Assembly (NCBI GenBank): GCA_036785375.1
Contig: JAWMAR010000020.1
Coordinates: 7,316,001-7,380,000 of the forward strand
DNA: 64,000 nt
Direction: 5' to 3'
From: Leucoraja ocellata
Taxonomy: Eukaryota
The notes below the pieces were generated by a model, which made no database searches, was not told the DNA's origin, and saw only the letters and a list, made by a program, of their open reading frames with translations. Of this stretch, positions 25,014-35,704 are shown piece after piece; the stretch's first letter is position 1, and each line of letters starts with the position of its first letter. A program made the translations under genes and the position numbers.

Positions 25014-25484
25014 AATTTATAATGCGCCATTATAAATCTATCAGAGCGATGCCATCAATCCCATTCACCTACTCACTTCCCCGTACCCACCCTCTCCTAC
25101 TCCCTGCCAACAATCTCCCCGACACTGACATCCACGGTGCTGTGACCGGAGGCTTGTCATCCCGATCCATGTGGGCAAGGGAGCCCCTCCCTGCACTAAC
25201 TGGGAAAAAGGAGGTCCGTTCTCCTCTCATCACCTATTTGCAAGTCTCTGGGTAAGAATACAGTATCTGGGGCATCCCAAGTGCTGACATTGTCTAAGGA
25301 CCCACATCAAACTCTCAAACACTATCTCAAATTGACCCGGGACCACCTGGTAACAGTGTGACCTGACCCAAGCCGTGTCTCACATTGACCCAGGGTGACC
25401 AGCTAATCGTGTGAGCCCCATTAAACTCCCAGGTGCTTGTGGCTCTGGACTGGGATCTGCCATCCTCACAAGGGTCTCACTCAC

Positions 25485-25667
25485 TGGACATCGGTCGTTT
25501 TGGTTGCGTCGACAGGTTCATTGTGGCTTCTCGAGGGGGACCCCAGCCAGCCCCGTTCCTGGCCCGCACTGCGTAGCGATACGGCTGCTCCTCCTTCAGG
25601 TTCTCGATCATCACCATCCTCTTCTTCGGCTTGTTGATCTTCGCCATCTTTTTTGGTCCAATCGGCT
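25485..25667 (-). CDS. ITGB4: Integrin beta-4 FnIII-2, second exon
   Basis: 183 nt, phase 1/1; [61 protein letters not shown]. Confidence 0.96.
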
Positions 25668-25980
25668 CTGTGAGCGACAGGAGGGGGGGAAAGCAAAACT
25701 ATCGGCGACTGGAAGGCACCGCCCGCGTCTTGGCCCGAGGCCAGGCGCGGGTTCCTCTCCCTCCCCGTAACATCCAACGTCCGACACAAGCCGGTAAAAC
25801 ACAGAGTGACCACTGGACACAAGCACATGGTCGAGGAACTCTGCTGGCCCACTGAACACCAACGCAGGGAGGTTCAATACTGGATCTTGTGCTCACAGCA
25901 ACAGTGCCAGTGTTTCACTGTGGGTTGCTATAGAGACGCTGTCAGGCCCCTGTTGGGTTAGGGCGGTGCTGGAGAACATG

Positions 25981-26283
25981 GTTTAGTTTAGTTTCAACTT
26001 ACAGCACGGGAACAGGCCCTTCGGCCCATCGAGTCCGCGCCGACCTGCAATTCCCATACACTAGCACTATCCTACATACTAGGGACAATTTACTATTTAC
26101 AGAAGACAATTAACCTACAAACTTGTACGTCTTTAGAATGTGGGAGGAAACCGGAGCCAGTGGAGAAAATCCACGCGGTCACGGGGAGAACGTACAAACT
26201 CCGTACAGACAGCACCCGTAGTCAGGATCGAACCCGGGTCTCTGGTGCTGTAAGCAGCAACTCTACCGCTGTGTCACCGTGCA
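25981..26283 (-). mobile_element. V-SINE (HE1-like)
   Basis: Same consensus with (gttta)n tail. Confidence 0.88.
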
Positions 26284-26364
26284 CCATAGTGTCTGGGTAG
26301 AGGACAAGGTTGGGACAGGCTGTGAAGGAGGGAAGGGTTGTCGCCAGGTCTGACAGCCACTCAC

Positions 26365-26502
26365 GGTTTTCGTCGGTCACCACGGTGTAGCTCACTTCAT
26401 ACTCCACAATCTCCCCGTTGGCCTCCGACGGCTCAGCCCAGCTCAGCTGTGTCACCGTGGGTGAAAGGACGTTGAACGCCAATCGACCCGGCTCATTAGG
26501 TA
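26365..26502 (-). CDS. ITGB4: Integrin beta-4 FnIII-2, first exon
   Basis: 138 nt, phase 1/1; [46 protein letters not shown]. Confidence 0.96.
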
Positions 26503-26569
26503 CTGAAAGGAGAGCACAAAGACCCGGCATTAGATCTCCTTGCAGCCTCACAACCCATCATTGTATCTT

Positions 26570-27130
26570 ATATGTATATGTGAACAACTTGGGCATTAAT
26601 TGTAGATGGGTTGGGGTGGCACGTTTAACAGACGACACAAACATCGATGCAGTTGTGGGGAGTAAGGAAGGCTGTCAAAGTATACAGCGGGATATCGATT
26701 AGTTCGAGATATGACAGGTGGTGTTTAATCTGAGCGTTTAAGTGTGAAATGTTACACTTTAGGAAGTCAAATGTAAGGGCAAAGTGTACAGTTAATGGCA
26801 GGACCCTCAACAGCTTTAACATACAGTGAGATCTTGAGCTCCAAGCCCAGAGCTCCCAGAAACTTGCAAAACAACTGAACAGAGTGGTAAAGAAGGCCTA
26901 TGGTATGCTGGCCTTCATCAGTCAGGACATTGAGTACTAGAATCAAATTGCCATGTTGCAGTTTTATAAACTCTGGACAGACATGGAGGCTTTGGAGAGG
27001 GTGTAGAAGTGGGTTATCAGAATACTGCCTGTATTAGGGGGAATTAGCTATGAGATGTTGGACAATCTTGGATTGTTTTCTCTGGAACATTGGAGGTTGA
27101 GGAGAGACTTGATAGAAGTATACAAAATTA
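26570..27130 (+). mobile_element. CR1 RT fragment, degenerate
   Basis: TDDTNI, LGLFSLEHWRLRRDLIEVYK remnants. Confidence 0.75.
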
Positions 27131-27227
27131 GAAGCATGGAAACAGAGATGAAACAAGACCTTTGGCCCATCTCATCCATGCCGCCTCATCTAAACGACTC
27201 CCTTTTGCCCACGTTTAACCATATAAA

Positions 27228-30027
27228 TATAACCATATAACAATTACAGCACAGAAACAGGCCATCTCGGCCCTACAAGTCCGTGCCGAACAATTATTTT
27301 CCCTTAGTCCCACCTGCCTGCACTCATTCCATAACCCTCCATTCCCTTCTCATCCATATGCCTATCCAATTTATTTTTAAATGATACCAACGAACCTGCC
27401 TCCACCACTTCCACTGGAAGCTCATTCCACACCGCTACCACTCTCTGAGTAAAGAAGTTCCCCCTCATGTTACCCTAAACTTTTGTCCCTTAATTCTCAA
27501 GTCATGTCCTCTTGTTTGAATCTTTCCTATTCTCAAAGGGAAAAGCTTGTCCACATCAACTCTGTCTATCCCTCTCATCATTTTAAAGACCTCTATCAAG
27601 TCCCCCCCTTAACCTTCTGTGCTCCAGAGAATAAAGACCTAACTTATTCAACCTTTCTCTGTAACTTAGTTGTTGAGACCCAGGCAACATTCTAGTAAAT
27701 CTCCTCTGTACTCTCTCTATTTTGTTGACATCTTTCCTATAATTGGGGACCAAAATTGTACACCATACTCCAGATTTGGTCTCACCAATGCTTTGTACAA
27801 TTTTAATATTACATCCAAGCTTCTATACTCAATGCTCTGATTTATAAAGTCTAGCATACCAAAAGCTTTATTTACCACCCTATCTATAAGAGATTCCACC
27901 TTCAAGGAACTATGCACGGTTATTCCCAGATCTGTCTGTTCAACTGCATTCTTCAATTCCCTACCATTTACCATGTACGTCCTATTTTGATTTGTCCTGC
28001 CAAGGTGCAGCACCTCACATTTATCAGCATTAAACTCCATCTGCCATCTTTCAGCCCATTCTTCCAAATGGCCTAAATAACTCTGTAGACTTTGGAAATC
28101 CTCTTCATTATCCACAACACCCCCTATCTTGGTATCATCTGCATACTTACTAATCCAATTTACCACACCTTCATCACTAGGGGCGCTGCACTGGCAGCAG
28201 CCTCTACCTACAGCCTGTCTGTAATTTCTATCTTTTTTTAAATTTTCAGTTAGTCTAAAGTCTGTTTTAGGGGGAAACTTTTACTTCTCTATGTGGGGGC
28301 GGGGGGCAGGGTAAGGGGGAAACCGTTTCCCAGTCTCTTCCTGGCGGGGACGCGAATATTTCTCTGAGTCGCGTCCTCGCCCCCCACCTCGCGGCCTACT
28401 AGCTGGATCGGAGCGGCCTTTCCTGCCGGGGACCGGGAACCGGACCAGGGCTGCTACAGCGGCGGCGCAGCGCTGGAGTCACCGCGGAGCGGGCGATGCC
28501 TATCTGGGTCACCGTTTGGAGCTCAGGAGCGTTGGGCCGTTGCTCCAACATCGTGGAGCTCTGGTGCGGAGAGCTTCCAACGCGGACGGCGCTGACCGCC
28601 ATCGTGGAGTTCTGGGGCGCCTTGCAGAGGGCCTACAGCAGCAATCTCCACCCGGCGCGGCCTACGGACATTGGAAGCCGCCGACTCCGGTAGGAGGGGG
28701 CCGACTCTGGTGTCCACGCCGCTGAGGACGTCCCGCAGCCCCGACGTCGGACTTGTATCACCCCGGCGAGCGGTCCTGGACATCGGGCCGCCTGTAGCTG
28801 CAACTGCGGAGGGCTTGGGGAGGCCCTGACCACAGGGAACAGTGGAGGAAGAAGACTGACTTTGGTGCCTTCCCACACAGTGGGAAACTTTGATTCTGCT
28901 GCGTGGGGATGTTTTGTGTTAAATTCCATAGGGTGTTGAGTCCTGTTTATTTTTATTGTATGGCTGTATGGGAATTCATTTCACTGTGCCATCTGGCACA
29001 TGTGACAATTAAATCTATCTTGAATCTTGAATCAGATCATTGATGTTGATGACAAACAATAAAGGACCCAACACAGATCCCTGAGGCACCCCACTAGTCA
29101 CCTGCCTCCAACCCGACAAACAGCCATCCACCATTACCCTCTGGTGTCTCCCATTCAGCCACTGTTGAATCCATCTTGCTACTCCTGCGTTTATACCCAA
29201 CAGTTGAACCTTCTTAACCAACCTTCCATGAGGAACCTTGTCAAAGGCCTTACTAAAGTCCATCTAGACAACATCCACAGCTTTACCCTCATCAATTTCC
29301 CTAGTAACCTCTTCAAAAAATTCAAGAAGATTAGTCAAACATGACCTTCCAGGCACAAATCCATGTTGACTGTTCCTAATCAGACCCTGTTTATCCAGAT
29401 GCGTATATATATTATCTCTAAGTATCTTTTCCATTAATTTGCCCACCACTGAAGTCAAACTAACAGGTCTATAATTGCTAGGTTTACTCTTAGAACCCTT
29501 TTTAAACAATGGAACAACATGCGCAGTACGCCAATCCTCGGGGACTATTCCCGTTTCTAATGACATTTGAAATATTTCTGTCATAGCCCCGGCTATTTCT
29601 ACACTAACTTCCCTCAATGTCCTAGAGAATATCCTGTCAGGACCTGGAGACTTATCCACTTTTATATTTTTCAAAAGTGTCAGTACTTCTTTTACTTTGA
29701 AACTCATAATATCCATAGCTACTCTACTTGTTTCCCTTACCTCACATAATTTAATATCCGTCTCCTTGGTGAATACCGAAGAAAAGAAATTGTTCAATAT
29801 CTCCCCCATCTCTTTTGGCTCTGCAGATAGCTGTCCACTCTGTCTCTCCAATGGACCAATTTTATCCCTCGTTATCCATTTGCTATTAATATAGCTGTAG
29901 AAACCCTTTGGATTTACTTTCAGCTTAATTGCCAAAGCAACCTCATATCTTCTTTTAGCTTTTCTAATTTCTTTCTTAAGATTCTTTTTACATTCCTTAT
30001 ACTCCTCAAGCACCTCATTTACTTCAC
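27228..30027 (-). mobile_element. Young CR1 LINE ORF2 (RT) plus tail, split by an ~855-bp insert at 28176-29033
   Basis: [40 protein letters not shown] and LVRPNLEY motifs in consecutive ORFs. Confidence 0.95.
28176..29033 (+). mobile_element. GC/CpG-rich non-autonomous retroelement with Rex-like tail
   Basis: Interrupts CR1 RT between INDL and DEGV codons; ends tttcactgtgcc...cacatgtgacaattaaa then (tcttgaa)2. Confidence 0.7.
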
Positions 30028-30729
30028 GTTTGGCCCAGTTCCCTCTAAACCTTTCCTATTAATGTACCTGTCCAAGTGTCACTTAAATGTCCTAACCCCC
30101 ACCATTTCTTCTATAAGTTTACCTGCTCCACTCACTGTGTGAAAATGTTGCTCCACTGCTCCCTTTCAAATCTTTCCCTTCTCTCCTTAAACCCCTGAAC
30201 CTCTAGTCATAGAATCAGACAGCACGGAAACAGGCCCTTCCGCCCAACTCGACCATTGCAATCAAGATGCCCCATCTAAACTAGCCCTATTTGCCTGTAT
30301 TTGGCCCATATCCTTCTAAACCTAGTTTTCGATTCTCCATCGCTGGGAAAAAAAGACTCTGGTTATTCATCTCATCTATGCCCTTTGTAATTGTATAAAC
30401 CTATGCAAGGTCACTACTGTGTGGACCATACCGGTCATAGTTCAATTGGGAAAACATTGAAGCCTTCTCTGCTGCAAAGCATTTCTCTATTGCAATAGTT
30501 CAATGAAACGTGAGGTTTTCAGGAACGCTAACTAAAGTGTTGTGGCAGAGATACCTGTAGGCAGAACGATATCAATGAGGGATAGGACTAAGCTGCTTGG
30601 CCCGTACACTTGCCCGACCGTTAACAGTATTTATAAAGGTGCCCCCCAGTAATTCACTGGCCGTGAGGGTGTGAGGCCTCTGGTGGCCGTGCGTGCAAGG
30701 TACTGTGTCAGAGTGCAGCGGCAACTCAC

Positions 30730-30907
30730 GGTCTTCCGGTGTGCGGCAGCTGACGGTCTCGGAGCGGGGGCCGGCGCCCAGGGCGTTGTAGGCAAAGATG
30801 TTCATCTCGTAGTCGCAGTAGGGGTACAGGTCTGGGAGCTCAGCGGACGGTGTGGTGGTGGTCACGACCTGCGAGGAGTTCTCGTCCCCTTCGATCCAGT
30901 AGGTCAC
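30730..30907 (-). CDS. ITGB4: Integrin beta-4 FnIII-1, second exon (B2)
   Basis: 178 nt, phase 0/1; VTYWIEGDENSSQVVTTTTPSAELPDLYPYCDYEMNIFAYNALGAGPRSETVSCRTPED. Confidence 0.95.
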
Positions 30908-31320
30908 CTGTGTGGGAGGGAGTCCGAGTTACCTCACCGTCCACGGGCAACACCCTGCGGTACTGCCGGGAATGTTCACCAGCAAGGCTGTTCTGGCTCT
31001 CGCTCCCCTGCCGTTCTCTCCCGCACAACCCCTGCCTCTCATCTACCACTCTCAGCAATCGTGAGAATGTCACTGCCTAATATCTTGAATTATCTTTCTC
31101 GTTTATCTTTGCAGTATTTTTACTTTTCACCGCCTTGCAGAATTTATGTGTAATTCATGTGTAAATTACATCTCTAATTGGAATTTGAAGCCCTGGTTCA
31201 AATGTGAGCCAATGAAATGCTTTGTCACATTCAAAGCTGTCCTTCATGTCTGAATCGAAACTGAGCATTGCTGGTAACCCCTTTATCCATCAACAGTGTT
31301 TCCATCCGCACCCTAAAACC

Positions 31321-31590
31321 ATTTAGTTTTGTTTTGGTGTAGAAACTGGCCCTTAGGCCCACTAAGCCCGCACTGCCCAGCAATCACCCTTGCACTAGTT
31401 TTATCCTGCACACTAGGGACAATTCACAAACCCACACATCTTTGGAATGTAGGAGAAAACCGGAGAACGCGGAGAAAACCCATGCAGGTCACGGGGAGAA
31501 AGTACAAACACCATACAGTCAGTAGTCAGGATTGAACCCGGGTCTCTGGTGCTGTAAGGCAGCAACTCTACCACAGCGCCACCATGCCTT
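31321..31590 (-). mobile_element. V-SINE (HE1-like)
   Basis: Same consensus. Confidence 0.82.
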
Positions 31591-31877
31591 CCAGAGGACA
31601 AATTGACAACAGCATCATTGAGTTCAAAGGTACACAAAAATGCTGGAGAAACTCAGCGGGTGCAGCAGCATCTATGGAGCGAAGGAAATAGGCGACGTTT
31701 CGGGCCGAAACCCCTTCTTCAGACTGGCGAAGGAAATAGGCAACGTTTCGGGCCTATTTCCTAGGCAACTATTTCCATTGAGTTAAAAACTGGCCATGCA
31801 CAAGAGCATTTCCACCATTGCCTGGTTCAGTTTAGTTTCTACCCAATAGCCTTGCTGCTGGTGAAGTGACCTGTTAC

Positions 31878-32014
31878 CTTGTATCCGGTTGGTCGACCCG
31901 GGGGCGGGATCCAGTTGACGCGGAGCTTCTTGCTGTTGATTGGCTGCACCTTGACGTTGGAGGGTGGGGCGTCGATGGAGGTCAAACCCTGCTTGAGTGG
32001 AATAGTTTCATTGG
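31878..32014 (-). CDS. ITGB4: Integrin beta-4 FnIII-1, first exon (A2)
   Basis: ttgcag|...|gtaaca, 137 nt, phase 1/0; ANETIPLKQGLTSIDAPPSNVKVQPINSKKLRVNWIPPPGRPTGYK. Confidence 0.92.
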
Positions 32015-32464
32015 CTGCAAGATCAGAGAGCAGCTCACGTTAGCAAAACACCGCCAGCTTTATGGTGCATCCAATGACGTTGGGAAGATGGAGGGGAGTC
32101 GGGATCCTAACCCCCCTCCCCACACAGTGCGGCCTGACCTCCCCCCCCCCCCCTACACAACACTGAACCCTCCCCCTCCCCCACATAGAGGGGCCCAAAC
32201 ACCCTCTGCCAAACTGCAGGGATCCTGCATAATGGAGCCCGGACCCTTCCTCAACAACATGGAGAGCCCCCTCTCCCCTCCCATGCACTATCGAGCTCCG
32301 ACTCCCCTCCCATGTATTGTGAAACCCCCACACACTGTAGAGGCCCAACCCCACCCCTCCCCCCCACTGTGTCTCCCCTCCTCCCACACTGTGGATCCTC
32401 CCCCCACCGTGAAGCTTCCCCTCCTCCCCCCCCCCCACGGTGGGGCCCCTCCCCCCGCACTCAC

Positions 32465-32642
32465 CACTGTCGAGCGTGCGGCAGCGCACGGTGTTGGAGC
32501 AGGGCCCAGCGCCCAGCGTGTTGTAGGCCGACACCTCCATCGCGTAGTCACAGCTGGGCTGGAGGTCGGTGAGCTCGACCGAGGTGTTCCTCGTCTCAAC
32601 CGTCTTAGAGGAGAACTCATCGTCTTCAGGCCAGTACTTCAG
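32465..32642 (-). CDS. ITGB4: Integrin beta-4 extra FnIII-1 copy, second exon (B1)
   Basis: ctgcag|...|gtgagt, 178 nt, phase 0/1; LKYWPEDDEFSSKTVETRNTSVELTDLQPSCDYAMEVSAYNTLGAGPCSNTVRCRTLDS. Confidence 0.9.
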
Positions 32643-32784
32643 CTGCAGAAACAATATTGGCCCGTCACTCCCATCGCCCATCGTTACCCCAGAATTATTT
32701 ATCCCCCTCACTGGGCGTATCTTCCCTGTCGTGACCATCCCGTTAGAACAGCGCTGCTTAATGACTAATCAACTCTTTCATCCT

Positions 32785-33155
32785 GGGCCTCCTCCACTCA
32801 GAATGAGGTGAAACACAAATTGGAGGAATGGCACCTCATATTTCACTTGGGCCGCTTACAACCCAGCGGTATGAATATTCATTTCTCTAATTTCCAGTAA
32901 CCCTTGCATTCACTCGCTCTCCATCCTTCCACCACCCTAGTCATCCTGCTAGCCTCCCTTCGTCATCACCTCCACAACCAACAATGGACCATTGTGGGCT
33001 CCTTGGCCATCAGTGCCAGTTTTGATTTGTTCTGTGCCTTTTCATACCTCTGGTTTCCCTCTCCCCTGACTCACAGTCCGAAGATGGGTCTTGACCCGAA
33101 ACATCACCAATTCCTTTTCTCCAGAGAACCCATTGAGTTATTCCAGCATTCCGTG
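32785..33155 (+). mobile_element. Penelope-like element 3' fragment
   Basis: KLEEWHLIFHLGRLQPSGMNIHFSNFQ* (GIY-YIG C-terminus) followed by pseudo-LTR with degenerate hammerhead motif. Confidence 0.78.
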
Positions 33156-33199
33156 CCACTCTTTAGTTTAATTTACGACAGATACAGCGTGGGAGCAGG

Positions 33200-33387
33200 C
33201 CTTTCTCACAGAGAGTGGTGAGTCTGTGGAATTCTCTGCCTCAGAGGGCAGTGGAGGCAGGTTCTCTGGATGCTTTCAAGAGAGAGCTAGATAGCGATCT
33301 TAAAAGTAGCGGAGTCAGGGGATACGGGGAGAAGGCAGGAACGGGGTACTGATTGGGGATGATCAGCCATGATCACATTGAATGGCG
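33200..33387 (+). mobile_element. CR1 3' tail fragment abutting the exon A1 donor
   Basis: cagagagtggtgagtctgtggaattc...gatcagccatgatcacattgaatggcg. Confidence 0.85.
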
Positions 33388-33392
33388 CTCAC

Positions 33393-33529
33393 CTTATAAC
33401 CCGTCACATCCCCCTGGGCTGGGCTCCAGTTCACACGGATCCTCTTGCTGTCAATTGGCTGTGGTTTCACGTTGAGGGGCGGCGAATCAATTGGGAACAG
33501 CGATTGGTTGAGATCCATCCTATGCCTTA
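33393..33529 (-). CDS. ITGB4: Integrin beta-4 extra FnIII-1 copy, first exon (A1)
   Basis: cacag|...|gtgagc, 137 nt, phase 1/0; VRHRMDLNQSLFPIDSPPLNVKPQPIDSKRIRVNWSPAQGDVTGYK. Confidence 0.87.
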
Positions 33530-33837
33530 CTGTGATATTAACCACAAGAACATATTAACAGAAGAACATGGAACATACAACAAAGAACAACACGGCACCA
33601 CAACAAGCCCTTTGGCCCACAATGTCTGTGCCGGACATAATGCCAAGACAATCTTTTATCTGCCTGCACTTATCCATACCCCCCCCCCCCCCCTCCCCCC
33701 ATCCCCGCACATCCAAGTCACTTAAAGTCCACGCTCGTATCTGCCTTAACCACTACCCCTGACAGCACATTCCAGGCACTGACCATCCTCTGTGTAAAAA
33801 CAATACATGCTCCGCACATCTCCTTTAAACTTTACCC

Positions 33838-34074
33838 CTGGCCCTCTCTCTCTACCTCCTCCCTCTCCCGCTCTAGCCACGCCTGCGCAGTTGGGGGCTA
33901 TGCATGAGTGGATAGGGCGAGGGATGGCGTAAATGGAGCGAATTAATAATATTAATATAATTTCAAGAAGTGGGGGGGGGGGTGTGGTGTGTGTGTGTGG
34001 CGGATGGTTAGTGTATGTGACTCCATAGGCTGCGCGTTGAGGGGACGGGACCCAACGGGTCCCACTTGGTCTAG
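33838..34074 (+). mobile_element. Helitron-like non-autonomous fragment (3' end)
   Basis: Subterminal hairpin gggaccc-aac-gggtccc (34047-34063), CTAG terminus (34071-34074) followed by T. Confidence 0.6.
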
Positions 34075-34596
34075 TCTCCTTTAAACTTTACCCATCTCAC
34101 CTTAAAGCTGTGCCCTCTAGTATTAGATTTGTCCACTCTGTGAAACAGGTCCTGACTATCGAATCCATCTACACAAGTTCATAAGTTGCAGGAGCAGAAT
34201 AGGGCCATTCGGCCCATCAAGTCTACACCGCTGTTCAATCATGGCTGATCCATCTTTCCCTCTCAACCACATTCTCCTGCTTTTCCTCATAACCCCCGAC
34301 ACCCTTACTAATCACAAATCTGTCAATCTCCACCTTAAAAATATCCATTGACTTGGCCTCCACAGCCGTCTGTGGTAATGGATTCCACAGATTCACCACA
34401 GATTCATCTGTGCCTCTCATAATTATATACACCTCTAACAGGTCTCCCTGCAACCGCCGGCATTGTCTGTCGAACCTCTTCAGCTAATCCAGGCATCGTT
34501 CTGGTCAACAAGAGTCAGTTGTTCCGTTATAGAAGGATCATCCAGGGTGCCCTGCAGTCTACGATGTGTCCATTCATTTACTGATCTATATTTGTA

Positions 34597-35153
34597 NNNN
34601 NNNNNNNNNNNNNNNNNNNNNNNNNNNNNNNNNNNNNNNNNNNNNNNNNNNNNNNNNNNNNNNNNNNNNNNNNNNNNNNNNNNNNNNNNNNNNNNNNNNN
34701 NNNNNNNNNNNNNNNNNNNNNNNNNNNNNNNNNNNNNNNNNNNNNNNNNNNNNNNNNNNNNNNNNNNNNNNNNNNNNNNNNNNNNNNNNNNNNNNNNNNN
34801 NNNNNNNNNNNNNNNNNNNNNNNNNNNNNNNNNNNNNNNNNNNNNNNNNNNNNNNNNNNNNNNNNNNNNNNNNNNNNNNNNNNNNNNNNNNNNNNNNNNN
34901 NNNNNNNNNNNNNNNNNNNNNNNNNNNNNNNNNNNNNNNNNNNNNNNNNNNNNNNNNNNNNNNNNNNNNNNNNNNNNNNNNNNNNNNNNNNNNNNNNNNN
35001 NNNNNNNNNNNNNNNNNNNNNNNNNNNNNNNNNNNNNNNNNNNNNNNNNNNNNNNNNNNNNNNNNNNNNNNNNNNNNNNNNNNNNNNNNNNNNNNNNNNN
35101 NNNNNNNNNNNNNNNNNNNNNNNNNNNNNNNNNNNNNNNNNNNNNNNNNNNNN
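34597..35153. other. Assembly gap (557 N)
   Basis: N run in the intron between Calx-beta exon 2 and FnIII exon A1. Confidence 0.99.
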
Positions 35154-35304
35154 ATGCAAGTAGAAAACGGAATTCTCCGGAAGCAATGCCTGCAACAGGG
35201 TCCTGTTTTCATGTGACACAGAATGATGAGGTGAAGCAGGAGATGGGTAGAAGGAACTGCAGCTGCTGGTGAAGGTGTTGCCTTCCTTGTGCGGGTGGCG
35301 CTGG

Positions 35305-35448
35305 TGGGAGAGGTGGGGGGAGAGGTGGGGGGGAGAGGTGGGGGTAGAGGTGGGGGGAGAGGTGGGGGGAGAGGTGGGGGGAGAGGTGGGGGGAGAGGTG
35401 GGGGGAGAGGTGGGGGGAGAGGTGGTGGGAGAGGTGGGGGGAGAGGTG
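35305..35448. repeat. 12-bp G-rich tandem repeat (ggggggagaggt)n
   Basis: About 12 copies visible. Confidence 0.95.
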
Positions 35449-35496
35449 ACGGAGGGAATGGGAAAGGGAGGGAAAGATGACGAAAGAGGAACCCAC

Positions 35497-35704
35497 CGTT
35501 GTCATCGCCGATGGTGACGGTGGTGCGGGGGAACTTGCCCAGCTTCGCACCATTACGGGGTTTGTACAACTCCAGCAGGAACTGTTTGATCTGCTCGTTG
35601 CCCAGGAGGGAGTCCACCTCCGTCTGCTCCAGCAGTTTGACGGGAATCTCCTTGCGTGTCTCCCCAGGGAGGAAGGTGACTTCGTTTTCCATTGAAATGT
35701 AATC
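35497..35704 (-). CDS. ITGB4: Integrin beta-4 Calx-beta exon 2
   Basis: 208 nt, phase 0/1; DYISMENEVTFLPGETRKEIPVKLLEQTEVDSLL...GAKLGKFPRTTVTIGDDN. Confidence 0.95.

Noticed and set aside
31866-32768. 300-aa plus-strand ORF (and similar ORFs at 37355 and 55747)
   Set aside because: Antisense shadows of GC-rich exons or low-complexity/repeat sequence with no recognisable domain.
30730-33529. FnIII duplication as a haplotype or assembly artefact
   Set aside because: The copies are only about 55% identical in protein and have unrelated introns.
34586-35496. Poly-(PPPL) extension of the Calx-beta ORF (368-aa ORF)
   Set aside because: It is read-through past the gtgggt donor into a 12-bp tandem repeat and an N gap; not evidence of coding.
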